A stretch of 64,000 nt of DNA, from contig NZ_JBAQCR010000151.1 of the NCBI RefSeq assembly GCF_049294395.1, forward strand, positions 5,444 through 69,443, written 5' to 3'. Made by a program: the position numbers and the translations under genes. The notes below the pieces were generated by a model that did not search any database, was not told the DNA's origin, and worked only from the letters and a program-made list of their open reading frames with translations. Origin of the DNA: Prosthecobacter sp. Lineage in GTDB: Bacteria > Verrucomicrobiota > Verrucomicrobiia > Verrucomicrobiales > Verrucomicrobiaceae. Positions 1-13,593 of this stretch are shown piece after piece; the first letter of the stretch is position 1, and each line of letters opens with the position of its first letter.

Positions 1-8
1 TTTGACCC

Positions 9-2729
9 ATGTTTTGTGTTCTGACTTCCTGGAGAATCATTCCGGCCCTCATTCTCTTTGCCTTCGTATCGCAGACCGCTGCCAGCACTTTGATCTGGGA
101 TGGAAACACCAGCACCACAGGCCTTCAGGACGGCGGGGGAAACTGGAACAACTCGGACACCAACCGGTGGCACGATGGTTCAAGCTACCAGATCTGGAGC
201 AGCACCACACCGGACAGCGCCATTTTTGGCAATGCCAGCGGCGCGGCGGGCACCATCACGCTCACATCGCCCATTTCCGCCAATGACCTCACGTTCAATC
301 CCGCAGGCACCGGCACTTACACGATCACAGGTACGGCGACCAACAAGCTGACGCTCACCGGCGATCACACGCCTGTCATTCAGGTCAACCTTGATTCAGC
401 GAGCGCCGCCACCATCAACGCAGTCGTCGCCGGGACTCAGGGACTTACCAAAACCGGCGCCGGCATTCTGGTGCTGGGGGGCACCGTGGCCAATGAATAC
501 ACCGGCAGCACCACCGTTTCCGCAGGCACCCTGAAAATGTCAAAAACAGCCGGCCTGGCAGCCATCAATGGAGATGTCATCATCGACGGTGGCACGCTCC
601 AATGGACTGCGGCCAATCAGATGGCTGACACCGCCAGCGTGACATTGAACACCGGCACGCTTTGGATTGGCGGACAAACGGAGACCATTCGCAATCTCAC
701 GCTCAATGGTGGCACCACCAATGGCGGCACCGGCTCCAATGGCGGCACCTTTACCATCACCGACACTCTCACCGTCACCAGCAACACCAATCTGGGGCTG
801 AACAGCGGCGCCAACTGGTCTGCAAATACAGTCGTTTTCACCGGCAGCGGCACCGCCCTTTCTATGACTGGCAACAACAGCACCGTCATCTCCCAGTTCG
901 TGGTCGGCACTGGCGGACTTTCGATAACGAGTCGAACGATCAGCCTCAACACGGGCAACGCAGGAAACTCCACCGCGAAGGGCAGCAAGATCGTCCTCAA
1001 CGGCAACGTCACCGCCACAGGTGTGAACACCTTCAATAAAAATGGCACCAATGTCGGTGTGGCGCAGGTGGATCTCGGCAGCGCCACGCGCACCTGGAAT
1101 GTCACCACGATATTGAGCACGGATGTCACCAACGTCGGTATTGCCATTGTCGGCACCGGCTCTGCCGGGCTGACCAAGACCGGGGGCGGCACGCTGCTTT
1201 TTTCCGGCGAAGACGCCAACACCTACACCGGCCTCACCACCATCTCGGCCGGCATTCTTCAAGTCGGCAAAAATGCAGGCGTCAATGCGATCGCCGGCGA
1301 CATCCAGATCAACTCCGGCGGCAAGCTTGCTTACACCACGCTCAATGACCAGCTCGCAGACACCACCTCCATCACGCTCAATGGTGGCACCATCAACTTC
1401 AACAACCGTACTGAGACCTTTGCCAACCTCTATCAGATTGCCGCTGGCAGCAATGTGAATCCGGATCAAGGAAACGGCTCCATCGTCACCATCACCGGAA
1501 CGCTTCGTGCCACCGCCGGTGGCACCATCAATCTCAACAGCGGCGGTCGCTGGACCGTTTACAACACGGAGTTTGCCAGCACCTTTACCGGGAATGCCAT
1601 CGCGCTGAATGGCAACAGCACCACCAGCATGAACCGCTACACCGCAGGTTTGGCCGGCAACGGTGGCATCAGCCTGACCGGCCAGACCATCAGTCTTGCC
1701 AAAGGCACCACAGCCTCGGCCAAAGGCAGTGAACTGGTGCTCGACGGCACGCTCACCGCCAGCGGCACGAACAACATCAACGCGGGCGGTGGCACCATCG
1801 GCGTGGCGCAGGTGAATCTTGATGGGGGCCAGCGCGAGTTCAACATCACCAGCGGCACCACCACCAGCAACGCCGCAGTGGTCAGCACCACGGTCACCGT
1901 CACGAATGACGATTCCACGCCCACGGCTGGCGGCGTCACCAAGACCGGTGCTGGCACCCTGGTGTTCACGGCGGTGAACACCTACACCGGTGCCACCGTG
2001 GTGCAGGCGGGGACGCTGCGCCTTGGCAGCACAGGTTCCATTGATGCCTCTCCCACCATCACCGTCGCCAGCGGTGCCACATTTGATGTGGCCAGTGTCA
2101 GCGGCGGCTATGCCGTGAAGTCCGGCCAGACCCTGCAAGGCGGCGGCACCGTTTCCGGAGCCACCACGATCAACAGCGGTGCCACACTCTCCATGGGCAC
2201 CACCGGCGGCGATGTCACCCAGACTCTGACGGTGACTGGAAATCTCACTCTCGCCTCCGGTTCCACCACCGTGTTTGATCTGGACACGCCCACCTTCACC
2301 AGCACCAACAGCTTTGACGGCAATGACGTCGGCACCGTCGGCTACAACACGTACATTCAAGGCTTCGCCACCGCCTCCACCGGCGACCACGACCGACTGA
2401 TTTCTTCCGGCAGCATCACTCAGGCCGTGGGTGCCGCCATCACCGTCCTGGCCAATGGCATCACTCCGACCTACGGGCAAATCTTCAACTTGGTGGACTG
2501 GCAGACCACCTTCAACGCTTCCTCGAATCTTGGCACCAATTACCGCACTGGTGCGGGGGATGGCGCATTCGACCTCGACCTGCCGGACATCTCCGCCAGC
2601 GGCCTCGTTTGGGACATGAGTTTCTTTGCCTCCAGCGGCATCCTCGTCGTCGTGCCGGAACCCTCCCGCGCGCTCCTCCTTCTCATCGGGCTCGGCCTCG
2701 CATCGCTGCGCCGCCGCAGGGCTCGATGA
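9..2729 (+). CDS. Secreted surface protein with autotransporter-associated beta-strand repeats and a C-terminal PEP-CTERM sorting signal
   Basis: ATG at 9. Signal-like N-terminus (IIPALILFAFVSQTAAS). Many G/T/N-rich repeats of the 'TKTGxGTLxLxGxxxNTYTGxTTVxAGTL' type. The C-terminus VPEPSRALLLLIGLGLASLRRRRAR is a PEP motif plus TM helix plus Arg cluster. Confidence 0.85.
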   Translation: MFCVLTSWRIIPALILFAFVSQTAASTLIWDGNTSTTGLQDGGGNWNNSDTNRWHDGSSYQIWSSTTPDSAIFGNASGAAGTITLTSPISANDLTFNPAGTGTYTITGTATNKLTLTGDHTPVIQVNLDSASAATINAVVAGTQGLTKTGAGILVLGGTVANEYTGSTTVSAGTLKMSKTAGLAAINGDVIIDGGTLQWTAANQMADTASVTLNTGTLWIGGQTETIRNLTLNGGTTNGGTGSNGGTFTITDTLTVTSNTNLGLNSGANWSANTVVFTGSGTALSMTGNNSTVISQFVVGTGGLSITSRTISLNTGNAGNSTAKGSKIVLNGNVTATGVNTFNKNGTNVGVAQVDLGSATRTWNVTTILSTDVTNVGIAIVGTGSAGLTKTGGGTLLFSGEDANTYTGLTTISAGILQVGKNAGVNAIAGDIQINSGGKLAYTTLNDQLADTTSITLNGGTINFNNRTETFANLYQIAAGSNVNPDQGNGSIVTITGTLRATAGGTINLNSGGRWTVYNTEFASTFTGNAIALNGNSTTSMNRYTAGLAGNGGISLTGQTISLAKGTTASAKGSELVLDGTLTASGTNNINAGGGTIGVAQVNLDGGQREFNITSGTTTSNAAVVSTTVTVTNDDSTPTAGGVTKTGAGTLVFTAVNTYTGATVVQAGTLRLGSTGSIDASPTITVASGATFDVASVSGGYAVKSGQTLQGGGTVSGATTINSGATLSMGTTGGDVTQTLTVTGNLTLASGSTTVFDLDTPTFTSTNSFDGNDVGTVGYNTYIQGFATASTGDHDRLISSGSITQAVGAAITVLANGITPTYGQIFNLVDWQTTFNASSNLGTNYRTGAGDGAFDLDLPDISASGLVWDMSFFASSGILVVVPEPSRALLLLIGLGLASLRRRRAR

Positions 2730-2937
2730 TGGAAGCCAGCAATCTGACAGGTTTTGAAACCGCCTGTGCAGCACCGCGCTCCTGTGTCACCAAAGGCGAA
2801 GGCGCCGGGATTTCTCCCGACGCCTTCATTGTGGATCGGCCCTCATAAGCCGGATTCTGTGTCCCCGATGCCCTTCGACACCTGGCTGTGATCATTTATC
2901 TGTCAGGCTGATCACTCAGCCTGCCCCCGCTTGCGCA

Positions 2938-3258
2938 GTGGAGCGACTATTACCCGGAGTTATCCATCCCTTGCGGGACTTGCGGCCAGGCGGGCCTTTC
3001 TCCTGTTCTGTCTTGCACCGCATGAGGTTTGTCGTGCCCCCTTCCTCGCGGTTGGGGCGGTGGGCTCTTACCCCGCCGTTTCACCCTTACCCCCTTTCGC
3101 TCTTGCGAGTTACGGAGGGCGGTTTGTTTTCTGTGATACTGTCTGTGACTGCGGCTTGCACCGCAGCCCCCACGCTTTCACGTGGCATGCTGCCCTGTGG
3201 TGTCCGGACTTTCCTCTGGCATCTCCGCCTTGCAGCAAAAATACCAGCGATCACTCCG
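2938..3258 (-). ncRNA. rnpB: RNase P RNA, bacterial type A, compact (~320 nt)
   Basis: The minus strand reads GGAGUGAUCGCUGG...CCAGAGGAAAGUCCGGACACCACAGGGCAG...CACAGAAAACAAACCGCC...GGGUAAGGGUGAAACGGCGGGGUAAGAGCCCACCGCC...GGAUAACUCCGGGUAAUAGUCGCUCC. These match the universally conserved RNase P RNA blocks (GAGGAAAGUCCGG, ACAGAAA-CAAACCGCC, GGUAAGGGUGAAA..GGUAAGAGC.CACCG). The 5' and 3' ends can pair as P1 (GGAGUGAUCGC / AGUCGCUCC). End coordinates are approximate, within about 5 nt. Confidence 0.85.
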
Positions 3259-3378
3259 ACCGACCCGCCGTGAGAGTAAGGGCTTCAGCGGAAAGGGCAA
3301 GCCGGGTGTACGTGGAAAGATGCCGTGAAACTTATTCCCCGGCTCCGGTGTTGAACCGCATGCACCCACCACCGCGCC

Positions 3379-3852
3379 ATGAAACTCCTGCCTTCTTTTC
3401 TGCTCGCCCTCACAATCAGCTTCTCTCTGACCCATGCCGAAGACGCCCCGAAACAACGCCCCGATGCCGCAGGCACCGGCGGCCCGGGCCGCAAGAAGAT
3501 CAAGGAGATGCTGCTGCAGAAGTTTGACGCCAATAAAAACGGCACGCTCGATCCCGATGAAAAAGCTGCCGCCATGAAAGCCATGCAGGAACGCCGTGGC
3601 GGCGGCCCCAAAGGCGGCTCCCCCGGCGAACCCACGAAAGGCGGTGGCCCGATGCAGGCGATGCTTCTGCAAAAATTTGACGCCAACAAGAACGGCGTCC
3701 TCGATCCCGACGAAAAAGCTGCCGCCATGAAAGCCATGCAGGAGCGCAAGGGCAAATCAGGCGGGTTCCCCGGTGCTGCTGGCCCCAGCACGGAAAGTGG
3801 CAGCAAGTTCCGCCGTCCGCCGGAAGCACCAAAAGAAGGCGACGCCAAATAA
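3379..3852 (+). CDS. Secreted protein with two tandem EF-hand calcium-binding loops
   Basis: Signal peptide MKLLPSFLLALTISFSLTHA. Two copies of LLQKFDANKNG(T/V)LDPDEKAAAMKAMQER. DANKNGxLDPDE fits the canonical 12-residue EF-hand loop (D1, N3, N5, G6, D9, E12). Confidence 0.7.
   Translation: MKLLPSFLLALTISFSLTHAEDAPKQRPDAAGTGGPGRKKIKEMLLQKFDANKNGTLDPDEKAAAMKAMQERRGGGPKGGSPGEPTKGGGPMQAMLLQKFDANKNGVLDPDEKAAAMKAMQERKGKSGGFPGAAGPSTESGSKFRRPPEAPKEGDAK
3508..3750 (+). repeat. Tandem duplication with a 153-bp period inside the EF-hand gene
   Basis: atgctgctgcagaagtttgacgccaataaaaacggc... at 3508 recurs as atgcttctgcaaaaatttgacgccaacaagaacggc... at 3661. About 90 nt of each copy align at high identity. 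Confidence 0.8.
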
Positions 3853-3866
3853 GCTGGCAGCGATCC

Positions 3867-4334
3867 TTACTTCGCAACGCTGTCCTTGAGCAGCTTCAGC
3901 AGCGCATAGTCTGCGTACTGGATGTCGCTGATCTTCCATGCGCCGCCCTGCTGCACGCAGTGGAAGGTGATGCGCTTCTTCTCTTCAAAGTTCACAAAGG
4001 TCACCAGGACGGTGGCCTTGCCCTCTTCCGTCTTCGCCGGGTGGATCACGAAATTTTTGATCTCCATGTCCTGGGCGTCGTAGAGCGGGTCGCCATCGAG
4101 CGCGCCGACTTCGCCTTTGGAGTCGATGGAGTCCTTCCAGAGGAGATCTCCAAGCTCCTTCGTGAAGTAGTGGTCCACCAGCGCCCGGTCATTGTCTTGG
4201 AAAAAGGGTGACGCTTTTTTCTTCTCCGACTTGTAGAGCTCCGCGACCAGCGCATCTGGCGTGGCAGCCTTGTCAGCAGCGTGAAGAGTCAGACCGCAGG
4301 AAACAAACAGCAAAAACAAAGTCAGGAGGCGCAT
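3867..4334 (-). CDS. Secreted protein or lipoprotein, DUF3828-like
   Basis: ATG at 4334. Signal peptide with a Cys (LLFVSCGLTLHA). The overall pattern (LYKSE...FF...DHYFTKELGDLLWKD...GALDGDPLYDAQD) resembles DUF3828 proteins. The family call is tentative. Confidence 0.5.
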   Translation of the reverse strand: MRLLTLFLLFVSCGLTLHAADKAATPDALVAELYKSEKKKASPFFQDNDRALVDHYFTKELGDLLWKDSIDSKGEVGALDGDPLYDAQDMEIKNFVIHPAKTEEGKATVLVTFVNFEEKKRITFHCVQQGGAWKISDIQYADYALLKLLKDSVAK

Positions 4335-4380
4335 GCGGCTGTTATCGCCGCAAACGCGCCAAAGTCGAGTTCATCGTGCC

Positions 4381-5910
4381 TCACTCGTCCGCGTCCTTCT
4401 TGCCCTTCTTTTTGGGCGCATCCGGCAGAGGCACACCGCGCTGGCGGGCCTCCCACTCCGCGTAGCCTTTTTTGCTGTGATTTCCCACATACTGATAGGT
4501 GTCAAAGATCGCTCCATTACCCAGCACGCGCGGGTCTTTTTCCTCTTTGAGCATGGTCTCCAGCTTCGCGCGCAGCTCTTGTTTCTTCACGGCAAACTCG
4601 GGCACGTTGGCCAGGTTTTTCAGACACTCGGGATCCTGGGCGATGTTATAGAGCTCCTCCTCCGGGCGGTAGTTAAACGCGAGATCATAGAAGAGCTCCT
4701 TGTTCTCCACGATCCATGATTTCGTGGGCCCATCATCGCAGTTGCCGTAGCCGGTTTCCGGATTGCAGGCGGGCCAGCGCTCCGGGTGGTAGTTGTGGCT
4801 GTAGAAAAACTCGGGCGTGCGGATGGCGCGCACGGGATAACCCCAGTCGTTCGGACGCCCCAGATCGTGACGCTCCTTGCCAGCCAGCATGACTTTGCGA
4901 TCTTCCACGAAGCCGCTTTTGTCACTGCTCAAAATCTTTACCAAACTGCTGCCGCTCATCTGCTCATGCTTCGGCAGTCCGGCCAGTTCGAGATAGGTCG
5001 GCGCAAGATCGCGCACGTTGATAAAATCTTCAACGACACGCCCCGGCTTGATCCCCTTCCCCCAACGCATGGCAAGCGGCAGGTGATAGCCGTCCTCATA
5101 AATCTGCCCCTTCACCCGTGGAAACGGCATGCCATGATCCGAAGTCACAATGACCAGCGTGTCCTCCAGCAGGCCGGACTTCTCCAGAAGGTCGAGCGTC
5201 TGCCCGATCTGCTTGTCGCCCCATTCCACCTCGATTGCGTAGTCCGCCAGATCACCTCGCACCGTGGCGTTGTCCGGCAGGTAGCCGGGCACCTTCACGT
5301 CCTCGAGTTTCTTGCCCAGACGCACACCGGAATCGAGCTCATAAGAGCGGTGCGGCTCCTTGAATCCCATCCAGAAACAGAAGGGCTGCGCCTTTTCGCG
5401 CTGCGCCAGAAAGGCTTCGAAGTTGCGAGGGTAGTCCGTGGTCGTGATGCCCTTCGCTGGTACTTCTTGTTTGAATTCATCAAACGCCGGCCCGGCAGGA
5501 TTGCGCGTGCGGCCTTCCAGTTTGAACTCGCCCGGCCCCCAACCCTTGCCAGTGAGGCCCACGGTGTAGCCGCCTTTTTCCAACAGGTCGGGATACACGG
5601 CAAACTTCGGCGGGAAGATGCCCCCATGGCAAACCGCCTCCTCAAGCTGCCAGGAGTTGCGCCCCGTGAGGATGGTGGCGCGGCATGGACTGCACTTCGG
5701 ATTGGAGGTGAAGGCGTTCTTAAACAGCACCCCTTCCTTCGCCACACGGTCAAAGTTCGGCGTCTTGACCCAGTCACAGCCATACGCACCCGCATGCTGC
5801 CAGCCCCAGTCATCAAAGATGATGAAAAGGATGTTCGGACGCGGCACATCCGCAGCACGGATGCCGGCAGCGAAGGCGAGAGCAGCTAGGACGGCCAGAT
5901 GGAATTTCAT
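4381..5910 (-). CDS. Sulfatase (formylglycine-dependent, arylsulfatase A family)
   Basis: Signal peptide. NILFIIFDDWG metal-binding start. C-x-P-x-R formylglycine motif CSPCRATILTGR. VTSDHG motif. Confidence 0.88.
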   Translation of the reverse strand: MKFHLAVLAALAFAAGIRAADVPRPNILFIIFDDWGWQHAGAYGCDWVKTPNFDRVAKEGVLFKNAFTSNPKCSPCRATILTGRNSWQLEEAVCHGGIFPPKFAVYPDLLEKGGYTVGLTGKGWGPGEFKLEGRTRNPAGPAFDEFKQEVPAKGITTTDYPRNFEAFLAQREKAQPFCFWMGFKEPHRSYELDSGVRLGKKLEDVKVPGYLPDNATVRGDLADYAIEVEWGDKQIGQTLDLLEKSGLLEDTLVIVTSDHGMPFPRVKGQIYEDGYHLPLAMRWGKGIKPGRVVEDFINVRDLAPTYLELAGLPKHEQMSGSSLVKILSSDKSGFVEDRKVMLAGKERHDLGRPNDWGYPVRAIRTPEFFYSHNYHPERWPACNPETGYGNCDDGPTKSWIVENKELFYDLAFNYRPEEELYNIAQDPECLKNLANVPEFAVKKQELRAKLETMLKEEKDPRVLGNGAIFDTYQYVGNHSKKGYAEWEARQRGVPLPDAPKKKGKKDADE

Positions 5911-5935
5911 GCGCCGTGAAACGCATGAGAAGTCC

Positions 5936-8764
<2,829 letters not shown>

Positions 8765-8817
8765 CGAAATCGGAGCGGTTTGAGGAGGCCGCCACGGTAT
8801 CTAGCCGAGGGCCTGTG

Positions 8818-9642
8818 TCACTTGCCAAACAAGGCCCAGAATTTTTTCTCGGAGGCCTTCTGCTTGCCCTTAGCTTCGCGCAAAAACGGTGCCAGCGAGG
8901 CCAGATTCAAGATCAAGTGATTGAGAAAATTGAACGGCGCCCGCAGCGGACGCTCGAAATCCACGAACAGCACCACGCGATAGCCGTCGGTGTCGTTCCA
9001 GACTTCGTGATTGTAAGTGTCATCAAAGATGATCGCGCTGCCCTCCTGCCAGGCATAGACCTGATCGGCGATGCGAATGCGACACTGGTGGCGCGGCTCC
9101 GGCACCATCAGCCCGAGATGCATGCGCAGCACACCCGCGAAGGGGCCCCGGTGCTCAGGGATGTGTTTGTTCGGAGAAAGGATGGAGAAGAAGCCGGTCG
9201 TGCAGCCAGGGATCTGGGCCAGCACTTTCATGGTCTCCGGGCAGTGGCGGGCGTTTTCCTCGCAGTCCATGCCGACCCCTTTGAGAAAGAACGTCTTCCA
9301 CTGGTCATCGCCCTGGATCATGCCGACCTCCTTCACGATGTCCTGAAAGCTGGGCATCGCATCGCGGTATTTCATCACTGAGTCGACTTCGGCACGAACC
9401 TTCTGCCAGTCTGCCTCAATACCCTTGACCCAAGGGAAGTGCCGCGAGTCATAGATCGGCGGATCACCATGAATGGAACAATGCGCAATGACCGCCTCGA
9501 CGACGTCCTGCAGACGATTGGTGATGCGCTCCACCCAGCCGTTGGCCGGAAAGGTGCGATGACGGCGGTGATAAGCGTCAATCGGCTTGAGCTGAAAGCC
9601 GGCTGGGACGGTGGCGATGGAAGAGGATGCTTCGGGAGGCAT
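8818..9642 (-). CDS. Aspartyl/asparaginyl beta-hydroxylase family 2OG-Fe(II) oxygenase (LpxO-like)
   Basis: Family-typical block LSPNKHIPEHRGPFAGVLRMHLGLMVPEP...CRIRIADQVYAWQEGSAIIFDDTYNHEVWNDTDGYRVVLFVDFERP. ATG at 9642; an upstream in-frame GTG at 9678 is an alternative start. Confidence 0.8.
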   Translation of the reverse strand: MPPEASSSIATVPAGFQLKPIDAYHRRHRTFPANGWVERITNRLQDVVEAVIAHCSIHGDPPIYDSRHFPWVKGIEADWQKVRAEVDSVMKYRDAMPSFQDIVKEVGMIQGDDQWKTFFLKGVGMDCEENARHCPETMKVLAQIPGCTTGFFSILSPNKHIPEHRGPFAGVLRMHLGLMVPEPRHQCRIRIADQVYAWQEGSAIIFDDTYNHEVWNDTDGYRVVLFVDFERPLRAPFNFLNHLILNLASLAPFLREAKGKQKASEKKFWALFGK

Positions 9643-9727
9643 GGGACTAAACTCCGTGACGAGTAACGAATCCGTCACTTTTTGCAGCCAAAAAATAGCG
9701 CGTCAAACGCTCAAAACCACACAGGCT

Positions 9728-10108
9728 TCAGGCAATGTGTTTGCCGTAGGTGGCGGCGTCCATCAATGCCTCAAACTCCGCAAGATTGGAGGACTGGATT
9801 TTGAAAATCCAGCCACCGGCATAAGGATCACGATTGAGAAGACCCGGGTCGCCGGTCAGCGCCTCATTGACGGCCACGATTTCTCCAGACACCGGAGCAT
9901 AAATATCACTCGCCGCTTTGACAGATTCGATCACGCACACCTGCTGCCCCGCAGTGACCTGGGTGCCCACCTTGGGAGGGTCCACAAAGACCACGTCCGT
10001 CAGTTCCGCCTGCGCATGATCCGTGATTCCGACCGGAGACGGGCTTTGGGTGGGATCGATCCATTCGTGGGAGTCACGGTAGCGGAGGTTTTCGGGGACG
10101 TTGCTCAT
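9728..10108 (-). CDS. gcvH: Glycine cleavage system H protein
   Basis: 126 aa. Lipoyl-lysine motif [18 protein letters not shown]. Start [10 protein letters not shown]. Confidence 0.95.
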   Translation of the reverse strand: MSNVPENLRYRDSHEWIDPTQSPSPVGITDHAQAELTDVVFVDPPKVGTQVTAGQQVCVIESVKAASDIYAPVSGEIVAVNEALTGDPGLLNRDPYAGGWIFKIQSSNLAEFEALMDAATYGKHIA

Positions 10109-10129
10109 GGGGATGTCTGTTTGGGAATA

Positions 10130-11245
10130 TTAAAGGGAGGGCTTGCGATAAAACGGCTTCTTCACCACTTCCGCCGGGAAACGCCGCCCGCGGATTTCGA
10201 TTTCCAGCGTGCTGCCGATCGTGGCGGCGCTCAGCGGCACGTAGGCCATGCCGATGCCGGCTCCGAGGCTGGGAGACTGCGTGCCGCTGCACACCTCGCC
10301 GATGATCTCCCCGGCAAATGCCACCGGATAATGCGGCCGTGGTGGCGGAGCCGCGCCCGTCATGCGGAAGGCGGCCAGCTTGTCGGGCAGTCCGGCGGCT
10401 TTTTGCGCCACAAGAGCTTCACGGCCCGTGAAGTCGCCTTTGTCCAGATCCACAAAGAAGCCGAGTCCGGCCTGCAACGGCGTGCGCGTTTCCGAAAGAT
10501 CATTGCCATTGAGCGGATAGCCCATCTCAAGCCGCAGCGTGTCACGCGCCCCGAGTCCGCAGGGCATGCCACCAGCAGCCTTCACGGCATCCACGATTTT
10601 GCGGAACCACGTCTCCGCCGTCTCTATGGGCATGAAAAATTCAAAGCCTTCCTCCCCGGTGTAGCCAGTGCCGCACAGCCACATCGGCCCTTCACTGGTC
10701 ATGGAGACGAGGATGGTGTTGTGCTCAGGAAAAGATGCGGCACTGCCAAAGACCGCTGCCGCCACTTCACGCGCCTTGGGTCCCTGAATGGCCAGACCGG
10801 CGGTAAAATCACTCGCGTTGGCCATCATCACCTCATCATCCTTGTTGAGCTGCGTTTCCAGATGCGCCCAGTCCGCATCAATGCGCGAAGCATTCACGAC
10901 GAGGTAAAATTCACGCTCGCTGGTGCGGTAGGCGATCAGGTCATCAATCACGCCGCCGAGTCCGTTCAGCAGCAGGGTGTACTGCCCCTGGCCGGGCTGC
11001 AGCTTGGTGATGTTGTTGGTCAGCACCCTGTTCAGAAAAGCCTCGGAACCGGGGCCGCTCACGATGAACTGGCCCATGTGGGAAATATCAAAAACGCCGA
11101 CGCTCTGGCGCACGGCTTTGTGTTCATCGACGATGCCGGTGTACTGCACCGGCATGTCCCAGCCGGCAAAGGGCACCATGCGAGCCCCCATTTCCACATG
11201 CACGGCGTGTAGAGGAGTACGGCGAAGAGGAGTGGTATCAGACAC
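10130..11245 (-). CDS. gcvT: Aminomethyltransferase (glycine cleavage T protein)
   Basis: 371 aa. TPLHAVHVEMGARMVPFAGWDMPVQY and DISHMG motifs. The start codon is GTG at 11245. Confidence 0.95.
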   Translation of the reverse strand: MSDTTPLRRTPLHAVHVEMGARMVPFAGWDMPVQYTGIVDEHKAVRQSVGVFDISHMGQFIVSGPGSEAFLNRVLTNNITKLQPGQGQYTLLLNGLGGVIDDLIAYRTSEREFYLVVNASRIDADWAHLETQLNKDDEVMMANASDFTAGLAIQGPKAREVAAAVFGSAASFPEHNTILVSMTSEGPMWLCGTGYTGEEGFEFFMPIETAETWFRKIVDAVKAAGGMPCGLGARDTLRLEMGYPLNGNDLSETRTPLQAGLGFFVDLDKGDFTGREALVAQKAAGLPDKLAAFRMTGAAPPPRPHYPVAFAGEIIGEVCSGTQSPSLGAGIGMAYVPLSAATIGSTLEIEIRGRRFPAEVVKKPFYRKPSL

Positions 11246-11390
11246 AGTGCGCGCATGTTGTGAAGCACGGAGGCTTTGTCAATTCTCGCGGCATTTTAAG
11301 CCAATTTCTGAATGCCAATCTTATTTGCAGGCCCTCGCATCCACTCCATACTCCGCCTCCCCAAACGCCCGCGAAAAAAAAGCCCCAACC

Positions 11391-13514
<2,124 letters not shown>

Positions 13515-13593
13515 AGTAGGATGGGCGTGGCGACAGCCCGCCCGTCCATGAGCGTGTGGAAACATCCACGACTACGCGCTTCCCAGACCTATT

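Noticed and set aside
2931-3527. 198-aa and 111-aa plus-strand ORFs, and minus-strand ORFs, across 2931-3672.
   Set aside because: The region 2938-3258 is RNase P RNA on the minus strand. The ORFs are Pro/Arg/Cys-rich with no start context and overlap the real EF-hand gene.
10977-11390. 138-codon N-terminal extension of the M3 peptidase ORF.
   Set aside because: It overlaps the 5' part of gcvT on the other strand. The conserved peptidase sequence begins right after the ATG at 11391.
11246-11390. Possible glycine riboswitch upstream of gcvT.
   Set aside because: I read the minus strand for the conserved glycine-aptamer elements (GGAGAG...CACCGAAGGGGCAA...CUCAGGCAAAAGGAC) and found none. It cannot be excluded without a covariance-model scan (Rfam RF00504).
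13515-13593. Hairpin ggatgggcg-N11-cgcccgtcc after the peptidase gene, and an 8-bp hairpin cgcggctt-ccc-aagccgcg at 15906-15924 after trxB, as possible terminators.
   Set aside because: Neither is followed by a U-tract on the relevant strand. They may still act as weak terminators or stabilisers, but the evidence is insufficient to annotate them.
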